IMG/VR virus record: IMGVR_UViG_3300037458_001688
Coordinates: 1-56,916 of that record
DNA length: 56,916 bases
Source: a virus
Lineage: Duplodnaviria > Caudoviricetes
Direction: 5' to 3' (one strand)
The position numbers and the translations under genes are program-made. The notes under the pieces are model-generated. The model did not search any database. It was not told the origin of the DNA and was given only the letters and a program-made list of their open reading frames with translations. The first letter of the stretch is position 1, and each line of letters opens with the position of its first letter. Below, in pieces: positions 25,158 to 33,689 of this stretch.

Positions 25158-25494
25158 CGGTCTGCACCCGGTCGCCGGGGATGGCCTGGTACAGCTCCCA
25201 GAGCTGCAACCCCCAGGCCCTCCAGCTCTCCCATGCCCGCTCGATGGTGAGGATCACGTCCGCCTCGGTGGCGTCCTCGGGGATCACCGGGTCGGCTGGC
25301 TGGGCCGGCGCCGGCGGTACCTGGCAGGGGCGCGTCAGCGGTACGGGGTAGGGCTGGTACTCGGTGCGGACAATCGGCTCGCAGCTGCCGCAGCCGTAGA
25401 GGGAGAGCAGCACGGCGGCCAGGAACAGAACGGCGGCGAGGCCCAACGCAATCCGCACGTCGACCAGGTCCTCGGGTGGGATGTCACGGCGCAT
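25138..25494 (-). CDS. o-spanin (Rz1)-like lipoprotein
   Basis: Lipobox LSLYGC, Pro-rich; follows the Rz-like gene. Confidence 0.6.
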   Translation of the reverse strand: MRRDIPPEDLVDVRIALGLAAVLFLAAVLLSLYGCGSCEPIVRTEYQPYPVPLTRPCQVPPAPAQPADPVIPEDATEADVILTIERAWESWRAWGLQLWELYQAIPGDRVQTDEPPPG

Positions 25495-25921
25495 GGACCA
25501 CCTCCCGGTACCGGTCCGCCGCCCACCTGGCGGCAGCCTCGCAGCGATCGTCCGGCGGTAGGGCCTCGAGCTCGGCGCGTAGCTCCACCTCCCGGCGGTC
25601 ACGCTCGGCGAGTGCCGCCCGGTCGCGCGAGGCCCGCTCGGCGGCGGCCGCGGCGGCCTCGCGTGCAGCCGCGCGGTCCGCCACCATCCGCTGCCGGTGG
25701 AGCTCGACGGCGCCGGTCTGGACGGTGAGGGCGGCGTCGCAGCTGGCGGCCGTCTGCTCTGCGGCCGTGCGGGCGACCCGCTCGCGCTCGAGCTTGGCCT
25801 CGGTCCGCTCGAGGGCCGCGCCCCGGCACGACCAGGTGCCCCACAGGGCGAGGACCAACACGGCGATCAACCCCTCACGCCACCAGCGGCGCAGGGCCAG
25901 CAACACCTCGACGGTGATCAT
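25484..25921 (-). CDS. i-spanin (Rz)-like protein
   Basis: N-terminal TM helix followed by an Ala-rich coiled coil. Confidence 0.6.
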   Translation of the reverse strand: MITVEVLLALRRWWREGLIAVLVLALWGTWSCRGAALERTEAKLERERVARTAAEQTAASCDAALTVQTGAVELHRQRMVADRAAAREAAAAAAERASRDRAALAERDRREVELRAELEALPPDDRCEAAARWAADRYREVVHAP

Positions 25922-26139
25922 GTCGCACCTCCCCGCCAGGCCCGCACCACCTCGGCGCCGGCCCGGAGCACATCCGGGAACGAGGCCCACCCCTTGCCGC
26001 CGATGACGCAGCCGAGGATGCCGACGCTGACCGCGCCCCAGGTGAGAAGCAAGGTCGGCGAGGGATGCTCGTGGGCGATCCACACGCCGCCGGCGAGCGC
26101 CGCCAGGCAGAGAATCAGGGTGCGGAGGCCGGTCAGCAA
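25918..26139 (-). CDS. holin-like two-TM protein
   Basis: Two TM helices and a basic C-terminus, within the lysis region. Confidence 0.45.
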   Translation of the reverse strand: MLTGLRTLILCLAALAGGVWIAHEHPSPTLLLTWGAVSVGILGCVIGGKGWASFPDVLRAGAEVVRAWRGGAT

Positions 26140-26158
26140 TCGTCCCCCGGCGCCCACG

Positions 26159-26704
26159 TCAGGGCTCCGGGTCGTTGCGGATGTTGCGCAGCCAGGCCGG
26201 CAGGTGGTCGTACACCCCGCCGGTGGTGCCGCCCACGACCGGCCGGCTGTAGGTGCGGTAGTTGCCGTGGTAGCCGGCGATGATGTAGCCGAGCCCACCC
26301 AGCCGCTCGGTGACGGCATTGAGGGCGACGGCGCCACCCATGCCCATGCTGCCGGGTCGGTCAGCCCCCAGCTGTCCCGCCACGAGCGGGTGGCTGGCGA
26401 GATCGCCGAGGGCCATGGCGCACGCCCGCAGGCGGTCTCCGGCGGACACGGGGGAGCCGAAGCTCGCCTCGAAATAGTGCAGGTGCTCGGCGGTGCGGGT
26501 TTCGAGGTCGCGCAGGACGGCGTCCGGCAGGGCCGTCATGACGGCATCGAACAGGGCCGTCAACGAGGGGCACACATCCCACGGGAACTGTGGCTCCGTG
26601 GGGGCCTCGGGCGGCTCCACGATCGGGGCGGCCTCCTGCGGCAGGGTCTGCACGCCGAGCTCCACGAGGAGTGCGATCACGTCGTCGCGGGTCATGTACG
26701 CCAT
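26159..26704 (-). CDS. hypothetical protein
   Basis: AGGAG RBS. Confidence 0.55.
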   Translation of the reverse strand: MAYMTRDDVIALLVELGVQTLPQEAAPIVEPPEAPTEPQFPWDVCPSLTALFDAVMTALPDAVLRDLETRTAEHLHYFEASFGSPVSAGDRLRACAMALGDLASHPLVAGQLGADRPGSMGMGGAVALNAVTERLGGLGYIIAGYHGNYRTYSRPVVGGTTGGVYDHLPAWLRNIRNDPEP

Positions 26705-26705
26705 C

Positions 26706-27947
26706 TCACTCTCCTTGTGCCGCAGTCCACGCGGCGGTGTTTCCACTCTCGAACCCATCGGCGAAGATCGCCGCGGGGTTGGTGTGCAGCTGGAAGGTCT
26801 CGCCGACGGAGTGGCGGGACAGCCGCAGGGTGTCGGTCACTGGGTCCCAGGTGCCGCCCTTGTTGCCGGAGCAGGGGTAGCTGTTCCAGGGCTGCGCCGG
26901 GTCCCAGGTGCCGGGGTCGACGGACAGGGGACGCGCCGGGTCGCTGACGTCCCAGAGGTAGGTGGAGCCGGCGTCGAGGGTGTGCATGGCGCCGACCCAG
27001 ACGTACGGCCAGCGCAGCTCCACCCCCCACGCCCGCACACCTGCCCACAGGGGCGTGAGGCTCAACCGGTGTGGCGCCGCCGGGTCGTCGATCCGCCACA
27101 CGGACAGGCCGTCGCTGTAGGCCGAGACGGCGATCCGCCGCGCGAGGTCGACGTCGACGCCGTGGTCGAGCAGCCACCCCGCCCGGAAGACCCACCCGAT
27201 CGCGTCCAGCCACGGATCCCCGGCGACGGTGCGGACGGTGTAGGCGTGGACGCGCTCGCCGAGCTGGCGGTCGAGCAGCCAGACGTGGCCGGTGATGGGG
27301 TCGCCTGGCGCCGGGTCGCGTGGCAGCCAGAACCCGCCGTCCACCGTGTAGGGCTGGCCGGCGCCGTCGGTGACGCACTGCACGAGGCGCTGATCCTCCG
27401 GCCTGATCCCCGTGATCTCCACCAGCGCGTCGCCCTGGCAGTCTGCGTGGACGCGGGCGATCAGGTACTGCCGCGGCCCGTAGGTGAACGTGAGCGCGCC
27501 GGCCGTGCCGGAGTCGACCCACCGCCGGCTTTCACCGAGGATCGGCCCGCTGCCGGTGCCGGAGTCCCACAGCACCAGCCCCTGGACGTCGAACCCTGCC
27601 GCGCCGTAGCGGCAGTCGTCGCAGACGGTGAAGTTGAACAGGTTGACGTCCCGGTCCCCGTACGGCGGCACGCCGAACCGCGACCAGGACAGCGGAGCGA
27701 GCCCGGTGGCCCGCAGCTCCGCCATCCCCAGCTCGAGCTGTGAGGCCACCACCAGGTACTGCCGCCCGCGCCAGGTCATCACCTCCCCGCCGTGTACGCG
27801 GCGGATACCGGGGTCGGCGGCGCAGGTGCTGCTGGTGTTGTGCCACGGCGGCGGCACGTACTCGAGGCTGGTGGCGGACGCCTCGCAGACGCACAGGCAC
27901 ACCACCGCCAGGAGGGCAGCGGCCCCCGGGTAGGTCGTATGGCGCAT
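26706..27947 (-). CDS. secreted beta-propeller-like protein with a C-terminal IFADGFESG motif
   Basis: Signal peptide; LVIVD-like repeats (VWRIDDPAAP, LWDVSDPARP); ends IFADGFESGNTAAWT. Confidence 0.7.
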   Translation of the reverse strand: MRHTTYPGAAALLAVVCLCVCEASATSLEYVPPPWHNTSSTCAADPGIRRVHGGEVMTWRGRQYLVVASQLELGMAELRATGLAPLSWSRFGVPPYGDRDVNLFNFTVCDDCRYGAAGFDVQGLVLWDSGTGSGPILGESRRWVDSGTAGALTFTYGPRQYLIARVHADCQGDALVEITGIRPEDQRLVQCVTDGAGQPYTVDGGFWLPRDPAPGDPITGHVWLLDRQLGERVHAYTVRTVAGDPWLDAIGWVFRAGWLLDHGVDVDLARRIAVSAYSDGLSVWRIDDPAAPHRLSLTPLWAGVRAWGVELRWPYVWVGAMHTLDAGSTYLWDVSDPARPLSVDPGTWDPAQPWNSYPCSGNKGGTWDPVTDTLRLSRHSVGETFQLHTNPAAIFADGFESGNTAAWTAAQGE

Positions 27948-27949
27948 GG

Positions 27950-28480
27950 TCAGCAGCTCCCTGTCAGCTCGAGGAACGCGGCCGGGTCGTAGCAGCGGAT
28001 CATCCAACCGTAGGCGGCGTGTGGCTTGTGGATGCAGTGCACCTCCTCGAGCTCCTCCGGCTCGGGGTCGGACCACCGTATCCACACGCGGACGTGGGTG
28101 TGAGGCTCCATCGGCTCGGCGCCTGGCGCTGGCGGGTAGCGGCGCGAGACGTCCTGCAGGATGCCGATCGGCGCACCGGCGGCGACCTGCGCGCCCGCCT
28201 CGACGATGCCCGGCAGGGGCAGCAGGTAGAGCAGGTCGACGTGGAGGTTCGCCGGCGTGACGAGCTCCAGGCCGAGGTACACGTCGCCGCGGTAGCAGGT
28301 GATTTGCCGCACCACCCGGCCGGTCACGGGGCTGTGGACGGCGGCTCCCGGGCTACCGCCGAGGTCGAGGCCGTCGTGCTCGTACACGGTGGAGCCCCGG
28401 GTGCGGCGGGCGCGGAAGCGAGGGTTGCCGCCGCCACCACCGCGGAGGCGCAGGGGGTCGAGGGGCGGGTGGAAGATCAT
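27950..28480 (-). CDS. M23 peptidase, putative endolysin
   Basis: HDGLDL (HxxxD) and PHTHV (HxH). Confidence 0.8.
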   Translation of the reverse strand: MIFHPPLDPLRLRGGGGGNPRFRARRTRGSTVYEHDGLDLGGSPGAAVHSPVTGRVVRQITCYRGDVYLGLELVTPANLHVDLLYLLPLPGIVEAGAQVAAGAPIGILQDVSRRYPPAPGAEPMEPHTHVRVWIRWSDPEPEELEEVHCIHKPHAAYGWMIRCYDPAAFLELTGSC

Positions 28481-28758
28481 CAGTCGTCACTCCAACGCGC
28501 GTAGACGCGCCCCATGTCGTTGCTGTAAGCCAGCAGGCGGCGCCCGCCTCCGCGGCTGACCCTGCCGCTCACCTGCGCGTTGGCCGCGCGGATAGCGCGT
28601 ACGCGGTCGTGGTGCTCCTCCCACGCGCGGGTTGCGAACTCGATCCACGCCTGGGTGAGGATCTCTGAGCCGCGGGTGGCTTTGCACCGCCGATGGGCGT
28701 CCTCCGGCCGGAACACCACGCAAGCCGGCGCCGCGGCGGTCTGGTCGGGCGGGTTCAC
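28480..28758 (-). CDS. hypothetical protein
   Basis: Coupled ORF. Confidence 0.45.
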   Translation of the reverse strand: MNPPDQTAAAPACVVFRPEDAHRRCKATRGSEILTQAWIEFATRAWEEHHDRVRAIRAANAQVSGRVSRGGGRRLLAYSNDMGRVYARWSDD

Positions 28759-29159
28759 GGCTGCCGGTGGTGGCCGCGGAGCTGCTCCCGGAGCGCCGAC
28801 AGCTCGGCCTTGACGCCCGCCATCTCAGGGACCAGGCTGCTCAGCTCGCGCACGGCCTGGCGGATCTCTCGCACGTCCTCGGCCAGCGTGCCCTCGATCC
28901 GCTCCACCTCGTGGCGTAGGTCGCCGAGCCGCGTCTGCCGTCCGCTCTGGCACTCCCGCAGCTGCTGGCGAGTCACCTCGAGCTGCTCCGCCACCCAGCG
29001 CCGCTCACGCTCGAGCGCTTTGTCGATCCACTCGCCGACCTGGGGGGCCATCCAGAGGCGCAGGATCAACCCCACCATTCCGCCGATGCCACCGACCGCG
29101 AGCGCCAGGCCGAACACCGCCTGCCACCAGGACACGTCAATCGTGATCTGCTCGGCCAT
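28755..29159 (-). CDS. membrane protein with coiled coil (lysis region)
   Basis: Single TM helix plus coiled coil. Confidence 0.55.
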   Translation of the reverse strand: MAEQITIDVSWWQAVFGLALAVGGIGGMVGLILRLWMAPQVGEWIDKALERERRWVAEQLEVTRQQLRECQSGRQTRLGDLRHEVERIEGTLAEDVREIRQAVRELSSLVPEMAGVKAELSALREQLRGHHRQP

Positions 29160-29398
29160 CAGCCCTCCACGCCGCCGTCGTCGAGGTCTTCGTCTGTCGG
29201 CGTCGCCACGGCGTTGAGGACGACACCCGTCAGGAGCATGAGGTAGCGGCGGACGAACGCCCTCTCTCTCTGCGCCGCGGTGCGCTCGCCAGGTGGCGGC
29301 AGGGCGCGGATGTCGTCGCGGGCCTGGCGGCGCTTGGCGCGCAGCTCGGCGAGGTCGGTCGTCAGCTTGGCGCGGCGGGTCTCGCGGTCAGGCATCAC
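29159..29398 (-). CDS. hypothetical protein
   Basis: Coupled ORF. Confidence 0.5.
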   Translation of the reverse strand: MMPDRETRRAKLTTDLAELRAKRRQARDDIRALPPPGERTAAQRERAFVRRYLMLLTGVVLNAVATPTDEDLDDGGVEG

Positions 29399-29688
29399 AC
29401 CACCCCCTCAGTCAGTGCGGCGGCGAGGGCGTCGCGGAGGTCGTCGAGTAGCAGCGGGTCAGCCTGGAGCTGCGCGAGCAGTGCGGCCCGAGGATCGGGC
29501 GGTGGCGGCACCTCCACCGGGGCCAGCGTGCCGGCGTCCCAGCGCCAAGCCCCGCTGCGGTATTCCTCCCACGTAGGGCTGCCAAACGTCAGCACCCCCA
29601 GGCCCACCGGCACGGCCCCCGGCACCACGGAGCCGACGCTCACCGCCTGTCCGGTGGCGAGCTGGTAGACGACCACAAGATCGGACAT
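29395..29688 (-). CDS. hypothetical protein, possible tail-fibre chaperone
   Basis: GAGGAGG RBS; follows the tail genes. Confidence 0.5.
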   Translation of the reverse strand: MSDLVVVYQLATGQAVSVGSVVPGAVPVGLGVLTFGSPTWEEYRSGAWRWDAGTLAPVEVPPPPDPRAALLAQLQADPLLLDDLRDALAAALTEGVV

Positions 29689-29697
29689 GCTGCCTCC

Positions 29698-30570
29698 TCA
29701 GACCATAGGTATGCCGAGCAGGATCACGCTCGGAACCAACGTTGTACTGGTTCGCGAGAACCTCGCCGACAGGCGAGATCCGGCAGGTATATGACGTGCA
29801 AAACATGAACGATAGATGCGGGTGATGTACTCCGTGCTGGTATGGTAAATCAACAGATCGCTGATGATTGCAACCTCGCTCCCGGCAGCACCAACGGCGA
29901 CATCAATCAGCGCGGTCTGTCCGGCGGTGTTGCCCCCTGTACCTTGGCCGATCATCACGACCAAGCCAGAAAACGATTCGGCAGTTGTGGCGATGACTTC
30001 CGTCCAAGCTCCCTTGGCGGTGCCTACTCCCTCGGTTAACAGAGTGCCCGTCGAGTCTGCCCTGTTGTCACCCATCGTCACGATTCGCGATGACGACAGC
30101 TTTCCAGCACTTGATGGGCGCAGGATGAGGCCGAACGAGCAGGTTTCCGCTGAGTTCACACCCTGGATTCTCGCCGCGATGCGCGTCCCTTTCGCAATCC
30201 GAATCGGCATGGCGTATCTGATGAAGTTCGCGCCAGTGCTTGGCGGCGCAGCACTCACGTCGATAGAGGAAATCACTGCCGCCTCATTTGGAGCCGCACC
30301 GATCCCGACATCGACCAACGCTCTAGTATTGGTCGTGGACACTGCTACCTCAGCAGCCAACACCTCCACCCAACCGACCTCAAACGGGGCGCTGGCTATG
30401 ACCTCCGTCCACGCCCCCATCGTGTGAGCGTCCACATGCCCGGTCAGGGTTGCGGTGGTCACTGATCCGGCGGCTGTGCCCCCAGTTGTCGCTGGATTCA
30501 CGTCTGCCGGGAACCCATCCCGCAGCACGCTGCTCAGCGGTAGCCCAATGGGTGGTGCTGAACGCATCAC
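29698..30570 (-). CDS. virion protein with an internal duplication, candidate receptor-binding protein
   Basis: Two copies of GAWTEVIA...DV.GAA..E..IIS...I..G.R..AR; lower GC than its neighbours. Confidence 0.6.
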   Translation of the reverse strand: MMRSAPPIGLPLSSVLRDGFPADVNPATTGGTAAGSVTTATLTGHVDAHTMGAWTEVIASAPFEVGWVEVLAAEVAVSTTNTRALVDVGIGAAPNEAAVISSIDVSAAPPSTGANFIRYAMPIRIAKGTRIAARIQGVNSAETCSFGLILRPSSAGKLSSSRIVTMGDNRADSTGTLLTEGVGTAKGAWTEVIATTAESFSGLVVMIGQGTGGNTAGQTALIDVAVGAAGSEVAIISDLLIYHTSTEYITRIYRSCFARHIPAGSRLSARFSRTSTTLVPSVILLGIPMV

Positions 30571-30935
30571 GACTCCACCACCCGCAGCACCGACCCGTAC
30601 ACCTGGACGTCGTTGGCCTCGTCGGCGAACGCCTTGACGACGAGCGTGTTCCGCAACGGCAGCTCCGAGCAGACCAGCACCGGGCCGACCTTGCAGGGGA
30701 TCGGGACCACGAGCACGTTATCCGGGTCGGTCGTGCCGCCGAACTCGATGGTCAACGTCCGCGTCTCGCCGTCGGCGTCGTTGTTGACCGCCCACAGGGT
30801 GACGAGGTCGTAGCTCGTCACTCCGGCCACTGCCGTGTGGAGGGTGACCGTCGCCGCCGTCGAGGTGCCGGTGACCTTGATGCCGAGACCGTTGGTCGAG
30901 CCGGACAGGATGATCCTCGAGACCGTCTGTGCCAT
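30567..30935 (-). CDS. virion structural protein
   Basis: Beta-rich, in the tail region. Confidence 0.55.
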   Translation of the reverse strand: MAQTVSRIILSGSTNGLGIKVTGTSTAATVTLHTAVAGVTSYDLVTLWAVNNDADGETRTLTIEFGGTTDPDNVLVVPIPCKVGPVLVCSELPLRNTLVVKAFADEANDVQVYGSVLRVVES

Positions 30936-31466
30936 CTACCACCCCCCTGCGTAGCACTGGACCCCGAACACCAGCGACCCCGCTTGCGGATCGACAGAGC
31001 CGCCAGCAGCCGCCGCCCACGTCCCGTCGTCCCGAAGAAACAGCCCGCTCGGCACGCCGGTCGCCGGGACCGCGCCGCCCTTCGTCTGGCTCATCGCCGG
31101 CAGCCGATCGCCGTCGATCGTGCCGCTCGTGATGTCGCTGCCCGCGTGGGCGTGGGATGCCGCCGCCGCCCCCACGTCACCCGCGCTCGGCATCGCGTGG
31201 ACGTGGTCGTCCCGGCTCGCCTCCTCGCCCGTGCCGGCAGCAGCCACGCCGAGAGCTGCGGGCGCGTCGTCGGAGAGGGCGGCGCCGCTGCCCGTCTGGT
31301 CGGCCCACTCGGTGTCGTTGTCGTCGTTACTGGCCTTCACCAGCGCCTGGCCGGTGGTGCCGCCAGCCGGCACTCCAGGTCCCTGTAGGCCGGTGCTGCC
31401 GGCGACGAGGACGCGGGGGGCGGACTCGAGGACGACAGGCTTGACTTGCTGCACCACGATAATCAT
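30936..31466 (-). CDS. tail fibre-like protein
   Basis: GVPAGGTTGQALVKAS, ASRDDHVH, HAHAGSDITSG and FLRDDGTW fibre motifs. Confidence 0.7.
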   Translation of the reverse strand: MIIVVQQVKPVVLESAPRVLVAGSTGLQGPGVPAGGTTGQALVKASNDDNDTEWADQTGSGAALSDDAPAALGVAAAGTGEEASRDDHVHAMPSAGDVGAAAASHAHAGSDITSGTIDGDRLPAMSQTKGGAVPATGVPSGLFLRDDGTWAAAAGGSVDPQAGSLVFGVQCYAGGW

Positions 31467-31861
31467 GGGATCACCGGGTCGTCGTAGACGTAGGTCGGCA
31501 GGGCGAGCCACTCGCCATAGGCCCAGCCGATGGGTTCGCCGCTCGGGTTGGTGAGCTGGATCGCCCAGGTCCCTCGCAGGCCGGCGAGTGCCTCGGCGTC
31601 CGCGGCCTCCATGGTGATCGTGACGGTCCCCAGGGCGCCGCCGAGGGTGACGAGGCTGCCGGTGTCGGCGTCGTCGAAGTCGAACACCGCCGGCGTCACG
31701 GTAGGCCCGGTGCGCCCCTGGCAGCGGGCATGGTAGCCCGTGAGGTTCACCAGGCCAGTCGGCACGCCGTCGACGAGGCTGTCGTAGAGGGTGGCCACCC
31801 ACTCGAACTTGTGGCCGGGAACGATCAGCCACGGCGCCGGTACTCGAATCGGATCCGCCAT
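31463..31861 (-). CDS. BppU-like/tail adaptor protein
   Basis: VNLTGYHARCQ...GTVTITM pattern. Confidence 0.5.
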   Translation of the reverse strand: MADPIRVPAPWLIVPGHKFEWVATLYDSLVDGVPTGLVNLTGYHARCQGRTGPTVTPAVFDFDDADTGSLVTLGGALGTVTITMEAADAEALAGLRGTWAIQLTNPSGEPIGWAYGEWLALPTYVYDDPVIP

Positions 31862-31874
31862 GATGCCTCCGCGC

Positions 31875-32216
31875 TCAGGTTCCGGTGCCGAGCCAGAGCT
31901 CGACGATCTTGGTCCGTACGTCGGTCCCAAGGGGGATTGTCAGCCGCAGTGTGATGGCCTTGCGCTCGCCATCCGCAAGGGGTCCCAGCTCGACGCCGGT
32001 CGCCGGGTCCGTCCCGACCGCCGTCCACGTCACGCCGTCGTCATCCGAGACCTCGAGCCAGTCCGCCACCGAGCAGGCCAGTACCGCACTGGATGCAGCG
32101 GCGCCGTCGGCGACCACCTCGAGGTCGACGGTGTACGCCTCGCCGACCCGCACCCAGTCGAGGGCGAGCCGCCGCAACGGCTTGCTGCCCTCAGGAGCTG
32201 ACAGGCGGAGTGCCAC
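31875..32216 (-). CDS. virion protein
   Basis: Beta-rich, SDDGVTW. Confidence 0.5.
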   Translation of the reverse strand: MALRLSAPEGSKPLRRLALDWVRVGEAYTVDLEVVADGAAASSAVLACSVADWLEVSDDDGVTWTAVGTDPATGVELGPLADGERKAITLRLTIPLGTDVRTKIVELWLGTGT

Positions 32217-32499
32217 GCCGGATCTCCCTGATCGCTGCCCGGGCGCGCTCTCCGCGCTCCTTGGCCGCCGCGATCATCTCGTCGCGCTTCGTGCGCAGCT
32301 CGGTGCTGCGCTGACCCAAGGTCCCCTGCAGGCTCGTGATCTGATCCGCAAGGGTGCCGGCCGCCTCGGCGAAGGTCTCGAAAGCGGCGGTCTGCGCCTG
32401 GACCGCTACCACCAGCGCACCGATCAGCCTCTCGAGCCGAGCGTCGCCGCTGACTCCCCCCTGCGCCGGCGCGGGCTTTGTCTCGTCAGGCCTCTCCAT
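32191..32499 (-). CDS. hypothetical coiled-coil protein
   Basis: Purine-rich RBS. Confidence 0.5.
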   Translation of the reverse strand: MERPDETKPAPAQGGVSGDARLERLIGALVVAVQAQTAAFETFAEAAGTLADQITSLQGTLGQRSTELRTKRDEMIAAAKERGERARAAIREIRRGTPPVSS

Positions 32500-32512
32500 G
32501 CCCCTCTCCCTC

Positions 32513-33688
32513 CTATGTGTCCAGCCGGAACAGCGCCGACAGGAACTGCCCCAGCACCCGCGGCGGGTACTCCGCGCTCATGTCCTCCCGCTGCACCAGC
32601 CAGATCCTGGATTCCAGCCCGGTGGCGGTGTCGATCCTCCCGAGGCCGCAGACGACATCGTGGGCCCTGGCCGGGTACGCCCACACGGTCATGTCCGGGA
32701 GCTCGTAGCCGACCAGAACGTAGGCCATGCAGGGGTCGAAGAACTGGGCGGCGACGATCTCGTGGGCGAGCTCGCCGGCGGTGCGCGACATGCTGAAGGC
32801 GGTGTCGAGCCCGAGGTCGTAGGACCGCGGCTCGCCGAAGTAGTTGTAGAGCGGGGTCTCGAGCGTGGTGTGGAGGAGGTCGTGCCGCTCCGGGTAGACC
32901 GGCGGTCGGTCGAAGTAGGCCCGCGTGAAGATTTCGTCGTTCAGCACGAGCTCGAAGAAGGTCGCGTACATGTAGTGCGCGATGACGGTCACCACGATCC
33001 GCAGGCGCCGCGGCCGCAGGTAGAGGGCGTGGGTGCTGCGCTGGGTGAAGTCCAAGAACGCGGCGGCATCACTGTCGTCCACGCGCATCCCGTCGTCGCT
33101 GACGACGTAGTAGCCGTCGAGGCCGCGCCGCAGGTCGAAGGGCGTCCACAGGCTCTGGTCGGGTATCTCAAGGCGGAAGGCGGAGCCGCGGACGCCGTCG
33201 AAGATGATGCGCGCCGGCGCCAGCAGCCTGGTCCCGAGCGCCTCGTTGCGGGTGTCCAGGCGGTACCACTCGGTGGGGGCTATCGCGTAGGACTGCACCT
33301 CGCGCCAGGTCATCAGGCGGGAGATCCGCGCCTCCTCGCGCCGCAGCTCCTCCTCCGGCGCCTCGTCGAGGTATGCCTCTCCAGCCGGGACCACGGCGCA
33401 GGTGCCAGTTTCGGTCTCCAGGTGGTGGAGGTTGACGAGCAGGCCGTCCGTCTCTCCCGCGTACTCCGGGCACCAGTCGACCCACATCTTGCCCGGCAGC
33501 TGCTCGGGCCACGGCTCGACCTCCCACGGCGTCACCTGGCGCATCTCGGCGTTGATGTCGACGTGGCGGTCCTCGTTCGGGAACTCCTCGCAGTTGACCT
33601 CGCGCCAGTAGCCCTCGCTCACGCCGGGCAGGCTCGAGGCTACCGGCCGCGGCACGGTGAGCGCGTCGTAGGGGAGGAGGGTGATCAC
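32513..33688 (-). CDS. putative tail protein
   Basis: Long ORF in the tail module. Confidence 0.55.
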   Translation of the reverse strand: MITLLPYDALTVPRPVASSLPGVSEGYWREVNCEEFPNEDRHVDINAEMRQVTPWEVEPWPEQLPGKMWVDWCPEYAGETDGLLVNLHHLETETGTCAVVPAGEAYLDEAPEEELRREEARISRLMTWREVQSYAIAPTEWYRLDTRNEALGTRLLAPARIIFDGVRGSAFRLEIPDQSLWTPFDLRRGLDGYYVVSDDGMRVDDSDAAAFLDFTQRSTHALYLRPRRLRIVVTVIAHYMYATFFELVLNDEIFTRAYFDRPPVYPERHDLLHTTLETPLYNYFGEPRSYDLGLDTAFSMSRTAGELAHEIVAAQFFDPCMAYVLVGYELPDMTVWAYPARAHDVVCGLGRIDTATGLESRIWLVQREDMSAEYPPRVLGQFLSALFRLDT

Positions 33689-33689
33689 C

